64,000 bases of DNA from Mobula hypostoma (taxonomy: Eukaryota). The notes below the pieces were generated by a model. It was not told where the DNA came from. It made no database searches and was given only the letters and a program-made list of their open reading frames with translations. Both the position numbers and the translations under genes were made by a program. Shown here piece after piece: positions 35,793 through 48,400 of this stretch. Position 1 is the first letter of the stretch. Every line of letters begins with the position of its first letter. Location: contig NC_086109.1 in assembly GCF_963921235.1 (NCBI RefSeq), positions 36,706,001 to 36,770,000 on the forward strand, read 5' to 3'.

Positions 35793-38331
35793 TGTTATGT
35801 TTTTTTTCTTAATAAAGACAAATTTGAAGTGGGTTTAATGTTAGAACATATTTATTCATAGAATGGCTTCAGCTCAACACTGAGCGAATGGGGTCAGGAT
35901 ACCATCGAAGCTTCCGGTTCTGGCGTTAACCACTCAGAACTGAAGTTCTTTATTATGTACACCCATAATAACACATCATCCTCTTTTAAAGAAAAACAGA
36001 CATTACAATATGTCCTCACAAAGATGTAAGGAATGATAATCCTTTCCAACAAATATATGTACATTAATTTCAATTGTAATGAGCAATTGCAGTCTTGTAT
36101 CCACTCAACAACTTTCAGTCTCTGCGGTGGTTTGATGATTCTCTTTGGCCTGCTGTTTGTCTACACAGATCTATTGCTTTGATTTGCTGTGTTACTATTA
36201 GTGTCTTTCTGAGAGTTCTAATCAACATGTTCATTTCTTTCACATCCTTCCACCAAAATCCTAAATGTTTGTCTCTGTTCTTGTTCTTGCCATGTGACCA
36301 TAATTTGCTGCACTTACTCCATAATGGAGACCTGGGCTGCATTCATGTGATCAGTCAGTCTTTGCACAAGTTCCAACTGATTCTGTCTCAAACCACAGAG
36401 CTCCTTCTGTTGACTGCACATCATAGATAGCAACTGCTGTTGATTTGTGTTGAACTGTTGCTATTGTTCTGACCTTGGGGACTGTGTGGTCCTCTCATCT
36501 TCCTTTTTTATTTTTCCTCTTCAACTTTGAAGAGGATTGTGGAGATATGTTTTTATTTCCAGTCTTCAACTGGAAGTCAATAAGAGACATGTTTTGAACC
36601 AAAGCTGTGTGATGGCGAAGCAAGACTGGTGACTTATTCATCATGATCACTCTGTTCAGCTCTGCCATTCTGACTGTTGTGCTGTTGTAGCTGGTATAGT
36701 GTTCTTGTGCTTTTCTTGCATAACCTCTCTGGAACCAACATGGATACTGTTACGAGTTTGTCAAGTTAGATCAGGTAAGCATCCAGGCCCCTCAAAGACG
36801 TCTGCATGCTCTTCCATGAGTGTTGTGTAGTCATCCGTAGTCTGTGAAGCCACTATGAAAACTCCATTCACCAAGTTGAGCTTTTCACATGCACGCAGAC
36901 CTAATACTGGCTGTACTCACTTCTCCACAACCATTTCGCTGTGTCGTTAGGTGCCGTCCCTTGTGCTTGAAAATCACTTTGCAGCCCCCTTTTACTGAAA
37001 TATTCTCTCCAGTACAGCCCATTATGTTTGAATTCTCTGGGTAGATCTTGCTCTTTACTTTGAGAGTCCATGTATAACAGATTCACCTGGGCTCCAGTGT
37101 CCAGCTTGAATGGAATTCACAGTCACCAGAACAATCCATTCTGTCTTACCAGATTCAGCAGTCTGTAGAGACTCCACAAAGTCTTCCTCCATTTCCTCAG
37201 CAATCATATGCACCTTTCTCTAGGTGGCCCCAGCTTTGCAGCACTTTGCAAAATGATTTTTCTTCTCGCGATTAGTGTAGGACTTTCTCTGAGCTGGACA
37301 TGTTCTTGGAATGCACCTAACTGCACATTTGCTACATTTGCTCTTTGGGCCTACCTGTTTGCTTTGCTCTTGCTGTGGGAAACACCTTGTGCTCGGCCCC
37401 TCTGTTTTCACAGCATGCACTGTTGTGTCCGCCTTGTGCAGTGCCTTAGATGGTGTTCATATGGGCTCTGCTGTCCTCCACATATCCACAGCCTTTTCCA
37501 GCATGAAATCTTTTTCACAGAGAAATATTTCTCTGAGCCCGTTATCTGGGGTTCCACAAACAATTTTGTTTCTAGTGAATCTCCCAAATCTCTGAACTCA
37601 GAGGACTTACTCAGTGTGTGAAGCTCAGCTAAGAATTGGTCAAAGCTAATACCTTGTTTTTGGTAATAGAAAAAGAACATATCTCTCAAATATGTTATTT
37701 TTACTTGGGTGAAGATACTCCTTAAATTTTGTTATCAAAGTGTCCAATGTAAAGGCTGTCTCATCAATTTGAAAGCTGTTGTAGATGTCCAAAGCATCTT
37801 CACCAATTACATGTCGAAAAATAGATGCTTTCGATTTTTCATTTGTCTCTCCCACTCTGCTAGCCGCTAAGTGTATATTGAATCATTGTTTGAAGTATTT
37901 CCAGTTATCAGCAAAATTGCTGGTAAACTACATAGGTACAGGCTAACTTAGCTTATGTCTGATGGGAATTTTCAGCCTCTCACCTGAATTTCTCTGGGTG
38001 AATTCAGAAATAATTTGCTCCATCACCTCACTGTCTATTTTCCTCTCCGGCACTGGCATCTCTTTCTTAGTCACGTACGGTGTTCATTTACTCTCTGTCT
38101 TTAATCCTCATACCGACTTCTGATACCATGTTACATTTGTCCTTAGCAAAGAGAAACTTGCAGTGGGTTTAACGCTAGAACATTTTTATTTACAGAATGG
38201 CTTCAGCTCACCAGGTCACCATCAACACTGAGCGCACCTGGTCACCATCAAAGCTTCCAGTTCCACGGTGAACTACCCGCCTTGCCCACTGTGAACTGAA
38301 GTTCTTTACAATGTACAAACAATATAACACT
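35793..38331 (-). mobile_element. Internally deleted Mag-like Gypsy LTR retrotransposon
   Basis: LTRs at 38129-38331 and 35793-35975; TSD GGGCC/GGGCT; tRNA-Leu-like PBS TGGTATCAGAAGTCGG next to the 5' LTR; PPT-like AAAAGAGGATGA. Gag ASIFRHVIGEDALDIYNSF, degenerate knuckles CPAQ..NHFAKCC and protease PFKLDTGAQVNLL. No recognisable RT or IN core. Confidence 0.85.
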
Positions 38332-38967
38332 GGGCTCACTGGTCCAGAACAGAATATTCATCACAATAGTAATTTTAAGTTCAAAGTGGGCCAGTTCCAA
38401 TTATAACTTATTGTCAGGAAAGTTTTCTCTAACATTTTCAGTCTGAAGGATATACAAGTCATGAGGAATACAGAAGGGAAATCCCTGTCAACCAATTGTG
38501 ATAAAATTAATACTCATATAGGATAAGGACCTATTGACAAAAGTATGACAAGCAAAAAACAATAGCATTTCTTCAAAGACATCTTCAAAGATATTTCAGC
38601 GAGTTTTCCTATTTTCAGCTTTCTCTTAATAAAAATGTGGCATTAATTATTATTATTGCACTGTGAGAAAAGACTGCTCAGCAGAATAAATCAATCAGTT
38701 ACTGAAAGGTGATCCTTAAAAAATCTAATATTGTTGCGATTTACAACTCTGGGCATATTGTAAGAATATATCAATCCTGACAAATGTTAAATTCTTTGAG
38801 TTATGGTAGATGGTAAAATCTAGCCTTTGCTAGAGAGTAATAAAATGCATATTATTGTGACAAATATTGTTTTGTGACTTATAAAATTGTATTGTATTGC
38901 ATTTGATTCCTCATAAATAATGAAGGATTTCCATATCTATTCATAAATGAAACACAGCTAATGTTGG

Positions 38968-39726
38968 GCACAAGAGAATCTGCAGATGTATGAAGTCTTG
39001 AACAACATACATAAATTGCAAGGCAGACTGCATCTATGGAGGGGAATAAACAGTTGATGTTTTGTGTGGAGACCCTTCATCAGGACAGGAAAGGGAGGGG
39101 GCAGAAGTCAGAATAAGGTGGTGGAAGGAGGATAAGGTGTATAAACTAGCAGTTGATAGCTGAGACTAGGGTGCATGAATAGGGAAGGGAGGTTTGAAAT
39201 CAGAAGCTGGCAGACAATAGGTAGAAGAGGTGAAAGGGCTGAAGAAGGAGGTAATCTAATAGGAGAGGACAGTGGACCATGGGAGAATGCAAAGGAGGAG
39301 GACAAACAAAGGGAAGCGATGGGCAGATGAGAAGAGAAGAGATGTGAGAATAACTAGAATAAGGGATGTAAAAGAAGAGATGGAGGGAGGGGGAGAAATT
39401 ATTGGTTTGGAGATAAGATGCTTGAAAATCAGTCCCTCAATCTGTGTCACACCATTGTAGGGGAGACTGTACAGGGCACACTAGATAGAATAGGTGACTC
39501 AGATAGACTCACAGGGAAAGTGTCGCCTCACTTAGAAGGACTATTTACAAACAGTTCGTAGATCCCTGAATGGATGTGAGTGAGGACGTGTAGGGGAAGG
39601 AGTAGCAGGGATAAATGCCAGGAGAGAGATCATTTAGGAGAAATGAGTGGACAGGGGAGTCACATAGACAGAAATCTTTATGGTATGTAGTGGTGGAGGA
39701 TGGAGGGGAAGGGAAGGGAAAGATGT
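38968..39726 (-). mobile_element. Penelope-like element (GIY-YIG remnant, 3' UTR, degenerate hammerhead), split by a CR1; continues at about 43256-43320
   Basis: Minus strand reads VRRHFPCESI*VTYSI*CALYSLPYNG (GIY-YIG-like) and has GTCCTGATGAAGGGTCTC near 39070-39087. The sequence resumes after the CR1 tail. Confidence 0.65.
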
Positions 39727-42700
39727 CCAAGTTATCCTGAAGTGGGAGGGAGAGGAGCCAGAGGTCGTGGTACATATAAGTACTAATGACATAGGTAGGA
39801 AAAGGGAAGAGGTCCTGAAAGGAGAATATAGGTAGTTAGGACGGTAGTTAGGAAGGGAGTTAGGAAGAGAGTTGAGAAAAAGGACTGCAAAGGTAATAAT
39901 CTCGGGATTGCTGCCTGAGAGTAGGAAAACAATGAGGTGGAGAATAAATGCGTGGCTGAGGGATTGGAGCAGGGGGCAGAAATTCAAGTTTTTGGATCAT
40001 TGGGACCTCTTTTGGTGCAGGTATGACCTGTTCAAAAAGGACGGGTTACACTTGAACCCTAGGGGGACCAATATCCTGGCGGGGAGATTGGCGAGGGCTA
40101 CTGAGGAGACTTTAAACTAGAATGGTTGGGGGGTGGGAATCAAATTAAAGAGACTAGGATAGAGGAGGTTAGTTCACAACAGGGGGATGGGAACAAGTGC
40201 AGAGAGACAGAGGGGTGTAAAATGAGGGTAGAAGCAAAAAGTAGTAAGATGAAAAGTAAAAGTGGCAGGCCGGCAAATACAGGGCAAAAATCAAAAAAGG
40301 CCACTTTTCAACATAATTGTATAAGGGCTAAGAGTGTTTTAAAAGCAAGCCTGAAGGCTTTGTGTGTCAATGCAAGGAGCATTCGTAACAAGGTGGATGA
40401 ATTAAAAGTGCAGATTGTTATTAATGAATATGATATAGTTGGGATCACAGAGACATGGTTCCAGGGTGACCAGGGATGGGAGCTCAACATTCAGGGATAG
40501 TCAATATTCAGGAGGGATAGACATGAAAAAAAGGAGGTGGGGTAGCATTGCTGGTTAGAGAGGAGATTAACGTAATAAAAAGGAAGGACATTAGCCGGGA
40601 GGATGTAGAATCGATATGGGTAGAGCTGCATAACACTAAGGGGCAGAAAACGCTGGTGGGAGTTGTGTACAGGCCACCTAACAGTAGTAGTGAGGTTGGG
40701 AATGGTATTAAACAGGAAATTAGAAATGTGTGCAATAAAGGAACTGCAGTTGTAATGGGTGACTTCGATCTACATATAGATTGGGTGAACCAAATTGGTA
40801 AGGGTGCTGAGGAAGAGGATCTCTTGGAATGTATGTGGGATGGTTTTTTGAACCAACATGTCGAGGAACCAACTAGAGAGCAGACTATTCTAGACTGGGT
40901 ATTGAGCAATGAGGAAGAGTTAATTAGCAATCTTGTCATGAGAGGCTCCTTGGGTAAGTGTGACCATAATATGGTGGAATTCTTTATTAAGATAGAGAGT
41001 GACATAGTTAATTCAGAAACAAAGGTTCTGAACTTAAAGAAGGGTAACTTTGAAGGTATGAGACATGAATTAGCTAAGATAGTCTGGCAAATGACACTTA
41101 AAGGGTTGACGGTGGATATGCAATGGCAAGCATTTAAAGATCGCATGGATGAACTACAACAATGTTCATCCCAGTTTGACAAAAGAATAAATCAAGGAAG
41201 GTAGTGCACCTGTGGCTGACAAGGGAAATTAGGGATATAATCAATTCCAAAGAAGAAGCATACAAATAAGCCAGAGAAAGTGGCTCACCTGAGGACTGGG
41301 AGAAATTCTGAGTCCAGCAGAGGAGGACAAAGGGCTTAATAAGGAAGGGGAAAATTATTATGAGAGAAAACTGGCAGGGAACATAAAAACTGACTGTAAA
41401 AGCTTTTATAGATATGTGAAAAGAAAAAGATTGGTTCAGACAAATGTAGGTCCCCTACAGACAGAAACAGGTGAATTGATTATGGAGAACAATGACATGG
41501 CAGACCAATTGAATAACTACATTGGTTCTGTCTTCACTAAGCAGGACATAAATAATCTTCTGTAAAAAGTAGGGGACAGAGGGTCCAGTGAGATGGAGGA
41601 ACTGAGGGAAATACATGTTAGTAGGGAAGTAGTGTTAGGTAAATTGAAGGGACTAATGACAGATAAATCCCCAGGGCCAGGTGATCTGCATCCCAGAGTG
41701 CTTAAGGAAGTAGCCCAAGAAATAGTGGATGCATTAGTGATAATTTTTCAAAACTCTTCAGATTCTGGACTAGTTCCTGAGGATTGGAGGGTGGCTAATG
41801 TAACCCCACTTTTTAAAAATGGAGGGAGAGAGAACCCAGGGGAATATAGACCAGTTAGCCTAACATCGGTGGTGGGGAAAATGCTAGAGTCAGTTATCAA
41901 AGATGAGATAACAGCACATTTGGAAAGCAGTGAAATCATCGGACAAAGTCAGCATGGATTTGTGAAAGGAAAATCATGTCTGACGAATCTCATAGAATTT
42001 TTTGAGGATGTAACTAGTAGAGTGGATAGGGGAGAACCAGTGGATGTGGTATATTTGGATTTTCAAAAGGCTTTTGACAAGGTCCCACGCAGGAGATTAG
42101 TGTGCAAACTTAAAGCACATGGTATTGGGGGTAAGGGATTGATGTGGATAGAGAATTGGTTGGCAGACAGGAAGCAAAGAGTGGGAATAAACGGGACCTT
42201 TTCAGAATGGCAGGCAGTGACTAGTGGGGTACCGCAAGGCTCAGTGCTGGGACCCCAGTTGTTTACAATATATATTAATGACTTGGATGAGGGAATTAAA
42301 TGCAGCATCTCCAAGTTTGCGGATGACACGAAGCTGGGTGGCAGTGTTAGCTGTGAGGAGGATGCTAAGAGGATGCAGGGTGACTTGGATAGGTTAGGTG
42401 AATGGGCAAATTCATGGCAGATGCAATTTAATGTGGATAAATGTGAGGCTATCCACCTTGGTGGCAAAAACAGGAAAACAGATTATTATCTGAATGGTGT
42501 CTGATTAGGAAAAGGGGAGGTGCAATGAGACCTGGGTGTCATTATACACTAGTCATTGAAGGTGGGCATGCAGGTACAGCAGACGGTGAAAAAGGCGAAT
42601 GGTATACTGGCATTCATAGCAAAAGGGTTCGAGTACAGGAGCAGGGAGGTACTACTGCAGTTGTACAAGGCCTTAGTGAGACCACACCTGGAGTATTGTG

Positions 42701-43255
42701 TGCAGTTTTGGTCCCCTAATCTGAGGAAAGACATTCTTGCCATAGAGGGAGTACAAAGAAGGTTCACCGGGTTGATTCCTGGGATGGCAGGACTTTCATA
42801 TGATGAAAGATTGGATCGACTAGGCTTACGCTCGTTGGAATTTAGAAGATCGAGGGGGGATCTTATTGAAACGTATAAAATCCTAATGGGATTGGACAGG
42901 CTAGATGCAGGAAGATTGTTCCCCATGTTGGGGAAGTCCAGAACGAGGGATCACAGTTTGAGGATAAAGGGGAAGCCTTTTAGGACCAAGATTAGGAAAA
43001 ATTTCTTCACACAGAGAGTGGTGAATCTGTGGAATTCTCTGCCACAGGATACAGTTGAGGCCAGTTCATTGGCTATCTTTAAGAGGGAGTTAGATATGGC
43101 CCTTGTGGCTATAGGGATCAGGGGGTATGGAGGGAAGGCTGGGACAGGGTTCTGAGTTGAATGATCAGCCATGATCATACTGAATGGCGGTGCAGGCTCG
43201 AAGGGCCGAATGGCCTACTCCTGCACCTATTTTCTATGTTTCTATGTTTCTATGT
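39727..43255 (+). mobile_element. CR1-clade LINE, 5'-truncated within ORF1, relatively young
   Basis: ORF1 SGNH-esterase-like VVVHISTNDI and DGLHLNPRGTNILA; EN NARSIRNK, GITETW, VYRPP and MGDFD; RT SPGPGDLHPRVLKE, YLDFQKAFDKVP, GVPQGSVLGP and KFADDTKL; (TTTCTATG)n tail. Confidence 0.95.
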
Positions 43256-44191
43256 ATTTTGTGGCAGAATCCCATTGGAGGTGGAACAGTTACGGAGAAT
43301 GATGTGTTAGATATGGAAGCATTGTGAAATGATAGCTAACCTAATGTTGGCTATATTTAAAGACTAATCTAACCTTTAATATTTCTGTATAATTTATGCA
43401 CCATATCTTATTGTTTGCACATGAAATCATTCATGATATGCCATGTGAATATGCAAGGAAAATATCAGAGTAGGTAACAAGTTCATATTTTGTAATTCTG
43501 TATTACTCTCACTACTTAAGCTCCATTGATTTGGTGTTGATTCCAAGGCTGAGGCCTTAGTTGAGCGTATCACAATGTCAAAAATAACCCCTTGGCACAT
43601 TAAAAACTTGCACTAATTCCCTGATCTGCATCTGAGACTGCTGTTGAAAAAGTATTAGTTCTTTTGGAGGCTCAGTACAATGGTACAGAAACAGGTTATA
43701 GATTAGAAAGAAATAGATCCCGATAATGCAGTAACAGAAGGATCATTACTGCCTGTGTGATTTTCAAGTCTTTTTTCAAGTTGCACACTTCAGTGATAAA
43801 ATTTCCGTTCTATTAGGCCTCAGCTGTACATTATCTTGCCTTCACTGAACATGCATGTTTATAGGTTAAAAAGAGAATGTAATTCCCACTCTGTGCTCAG
43901 AGCAACAACCAAATTATTTATCAAATCTCAAAGAAGTACTAAAGGAAACACATTTGGCTTACTGCTTTTCCTTATGGCCCTGCTACCTCTCAAATTTTCT
44001 CTTGAGCTCTTATACATATCAAATTTGTATTATTCTGATTAATTTTCAGTTAATTGAATTTCATGTCCCACTATCATCTAAGTATGCAAGCAAACAAGGT
44101 GCAAATAAAAATGTATGTATATGTTCTACAGGACAACAGTATGGTAACTTGGAATTAAATCTTTGATATTTGCTGATCTTTTAGATTTTAC

Positions 44192-44361
44192 CATCCTGGT
44201 ATTTCTGAATAATTTGTGACAAGGCACCAATTAACCAAAGATTGTTTGGCCATCCTTCATAGATCCCCTCATCTGAAGGAACTGTGTAGCAATTTTCAAC
44301 GTCCATTTCACATGGATAATATGACACCTGCCTCCAATTTCTGCGCACTAAATCAGACAGC
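44192..44361 (-). CDS. Internal exon of the putative cupin/EctC-like gene: (R)LSDLVRRNWRQVSYYPCEMDVENCYTVPSDEGIYEGWPNNLWLIGALSQIIQKYQD(G)
   Basis: Acceptor TTTTTCTTTGCATTATGCTCCATGTGTATCAG and donor ATG|GTAAAA. 170 nt, phase 2 to phase 1. The only open minus frame, and all plus frames are closed. Lies in non-repetitive DNA. Confidence 0.68.
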
Positions 44362-45454
44362 CTGATACACATGGAGCATAATGCAAAGAAAAATTGGTTT
44401 TGAAGTCTTTATGCTTTGAAACCTGCCAATCACAATGACATTAGAAAACTCCATATAATTTCTTTCTCTTTCGGAAACCTGGTAGATTTCCAGATGATAC
44501 TGGCAAAGTAGTGAAGAGAAATCAGTTTAATAGCAGACAGTCCTAAAGACTTACACTCTCTAGCTCTTAAAAATAATTGAGTGTCTCACAATTAAAGAAA
44601 TGTGTTTTTAATATAATTATCAGTTAGTTCCATGGAAATGTTAATAAATGTAAACAATATGAATGCCCTGATGCATATTTTGATGTGTTATTAATAATTA
44701 TATTAATTAACAAACATACTTCCGGCCAAGTGCTGGTAAAGAATATTTACTAACTGTTGAGGTGAAGGACCTTCTGTGACATTTTCTATTAATTATTTGG
44801 AGTTCTACATACAGCACAGAAACAGAAAATTTATCCCAACTGTTCCATGCTAATTAATGTTTCTATCTAAGCTAGTCCCATTTGCCCACATTTAACTCAT
44901 ATCACTCTAAACCTTTCCAACCCATGTTCCTGACCAGCTACCTATTGGGTAGCACCTGCGAAATAGAAACAAAATAAATATTTCAAATAATTACATCTCA
45001 TCAATGGCTCTGTTGGTAAATGGTCTTTGGTCTGAAATACTAATTATATTTCTTGCTCCACAGATATTGCCTCTCTTACTGAGTATTTGCAGCAGTTAGA
45101 CTTTTAGTTCATAATTCCATCATCTGCAGAAGTTTGCTTTTAAATGTACACACGAGAGAGGCCAAACATCAGCTGTCACTGAAACAAGTCACAAATCAAA
45201 AAAAAATACTATATCTAAAAAGTCTCATTTTGTTATTATTTATCAGATGTCTATGGTGAACAAGCTACTTTGATCAAATTCTAGTGTTTTTTGCCTGAAG
45301 TATGTTTTTATTAATAAATTTTTAAATAACTAAGTTCTTGCATTTCACAAGAATTTTGATATAATGCTGAAAAATTTGATAGATGTGCTATACTGATGAC
45401 TCAGTGAAGTCATTGAATAGACTTGGAACTTTTCAGATTTGACAGTGTATGTAA

Positions 45455-48400
45455 AGTTGATGAGGTACAGAAAGGGTGGGTAATGTAGCAGGATCCTCTT
45501 TTGAGTCAGTATGGGTGGAAGTCAGGAACAGGAAGGGAGCAGTTACTCTATTGGGGGTATTCTATAGGCCCCCTGGTAGCAGCAGAGATACAGAGGAGCA
45601 GATTGGGAGGCAGATTTTGAAAAGGTGCAAAAATAACAGGGTTGTTATCATGGGTGACTTTAACTTCCCTAATATTGATTGGCACCTGATTAGTTCCAAG
45701 GGTTTAGATGAGGCAGAGTTTGTTAAGAGTGTCCAGAATGGATTCCTGTCACAGTATGTGGACAGGCCGACTAGGGGGAATGCCATACTAGATCTAGTAC
45801 TAGGTAATGAACCGGATCAGGTCACAGATCTCTCAGTAGGTGAGCATCTGGGGGATAGTGACGACCTCTCCCTAGCCTTTAGCATTTTCATGGAAAAGGA
45901 TAGAATCACAGAGGGCAGGAAAATGTTTAAATGGGGAAGGGCAAATTATGAGGCTATAAGGCTAGAACTTGCGGGTGTGAATTGGAATGATGTTTTTGCA
46001 GGGAAATGTACTATGGACATGTGGTCGGTGTTTACAGATCTCTTGCAGGATGTTAGGGATAAATTTGTCCCAGTGAGGAAGATAAAGAATGGTAGGGTGA
46101 AGGAACCATGGGTGACAAGTGAGGTAGAAAATCTAGTCAAGTGGAAGAAGGCAGCATACATGAGGTTTAGGAAGCAAGGATCAGATGGGTCTATTGAGGA
46201 ATATAGGGAAGCAAGAAAGGAGCTTAAGAAGCGGCTGAGAAGAGCAAGAAGGGGGCATGAGAAGGCCTTGGCGAGTAAGGTAAAGGAAAACCCCAAGGCA
46301 TTCTTCAATTATGTGAAGAAAAAAGGATGACAGGAGTGAATGTAGGACCGATTAGAGATAAAGGTGGGAAGATGTTCCTGGAGGCTGTGGACGTGAGCGA
46401 GGTCCTCAATCAATACTTCTCTTCGGTATTCACCAATGAGAGGGAACTTGATGATGGTGAGGACAATATGAGTGAGGTTGATGTTCTGGAGCAGGTTGAT
46501 ATTAAGGGAAAGGAGGTGTTGGAGTTGTTAACCTTGAGGCTCGAGTAAACCTGCAACCTCGAGGATAGTGAAGAAATGATCGGAGAAGGCTTATGAGGCG
46601 CTCCAGGGTTGTTTTGAGGTGACAGAGTGGCAGGCACTCTCTGAGCCACATGGAGAGGAGATTGATGGGCTCACAGAATGCATCACTGATTACATTAACT
46701 TCTGTGTGGACTGCAATGTTCCAACAAGAACTGTCCTTTGTTATTCAAATGACAAGCCATGGGTGACAAAGGACATGAAGGACATCCTGAACACTAAAAA
46801 GAGGGCGTTTAGAGATGAAAATAGGGAGGAGCTGAGGGCAATACAGAGGGACCTAAAAGCCAGGATCAGGGGGGCTAAAGACAGGTACAGGAGGAAGCTT
46901 GAGTGGAAACTCCAGCAGAACAACATGAGAGAGGTCTGGAGGGGGATGAGGACCATCACTGGGTTTTGGCAAACTAGCAACAGAGGAGCTGAAGGCAGTG
47001 TGGACAGGGCCAACGAACTTAACCTGTTCTTTAACAGATTTGACATTGTGACCCCTGCCCATCCCCCACATGAGCCATCTGTTGTCAGCCCCCAACCAAC
47101 ACATATTCCACTCTCCCCTCCTACCGCTCCTCACAGTCCCCCACCCTGCTCTCATGACTATACCTCTCCCCCACACAAAACCACCATGGTGGGCTTCATG
47201 GCTGAACAGGTGAGAGGCAGCTGAAACATCTCAACCCAAGCAAGGCTGCAGAACCGGATGGTGTCAGTACCAGGGTGCTCAAAGCCTGTCCTCCTCAGCT
47301 ATGTGGAGTACTTCGTCATGTATTCAACCTGAACCTGAGGCTCCAGAGGGTTCCTGTGCTGTGGAAGACGTCCTGCCTCGTCCCTGTGCCGAAGATACCG
47401 CGCCCCAGTGGCCTCAATGAATACAGACTGGTGGCATTAACCTCCCACATCATGAAGACCCTGGAGAGACTTGTTCTGGAGCTGCTCCGGCCTATGGTCA
47501 GGCCACACTTAGATCCCTTCCAGTTCGCCTACCAGCCCCGACTCGGAGTTGAGGATGCCATCATCTACCTGCTGAACCGTGTCTACGCCCACCTGGACAA
47601 GCCAGCGAGCACTGTGAGGGTCATGTTTTTTGACTTCTCCAGTGCGTTCAACACCATCCGCCCTGCTCTGCTGGGGGAGAAGCTGACAGCGATGCAGGTG
47701 GATGCTTTCCTGGTGTCGTGGAATCTTGATTACCTGACTGGCAGACCACAGTACATGTGCTTGCAACACTGTGTGTCCGACAGAGTGATCAGCAGCACTG
47801 GGGCTCCACAGGGGACTGTCTTGTCTCCCTTTCGCTTCACCATTTACACCTCGGACTTCAACTACTGCACAGAGTCTTGTCATCTTCAGAAGTTTTCGGA
47901 TGACTCTGCCATATTTGGATGCATCAGCAAGGGAGATGAGGCTGAGTACAGGGCTACGGTAGGAAACTTTGTCACATGGTGTGAGCAGAATTATCTGCAG
48001 CTTAATGTGAAAAAGACTAAGGAGCTGGTGGTAGACCTGAGGAGAGCTAAGGTTCCGATGACCCCTGTTTCCATCCAGGGGGTCAGTGTGGACATAGGTG
48101 GAGGATTACAAATACCTGGGGATATGAATTGACAATAAACTGGACTGGTCAAAGAACACTGAGGCTGTCTACAAGAAGGGTTAGAGCCATCTCTATTTCC
48201 TGAGGAGACTAACGTCCTTTAACATCTGCTGGACGATGCTGAGGATTTTCTACGAGTCTGTGGTGGCTAGTGCTATCATGTTTGCTGTTGTGTGCTGGGG
48301 CAGCAGGCTGAAGGTAGCAGACACCAACAGAATCAACAAACTCATTTGTAAGGCCAGTGATGTTGTAGGGATGGAACTGGACTCTCTCACGGTGGTGTCT

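Noticed and set aside
44270..44300. PSDEGIY resembling the dynein heavy-chain C-terminal PEDGVY motif
   Set aside because: The following GL(F/Y)LEGA.W motif is absent, and the joined exon fits a cupin pattern better.
44942..44955. 14-nt micro-exon (VLPNR) after a strong acceptor, in phase with exon 44361
   Set aside because: The donor GTAGCT is weak and coincides with the edge of a CR1 3' fragment (about 44800-44941).
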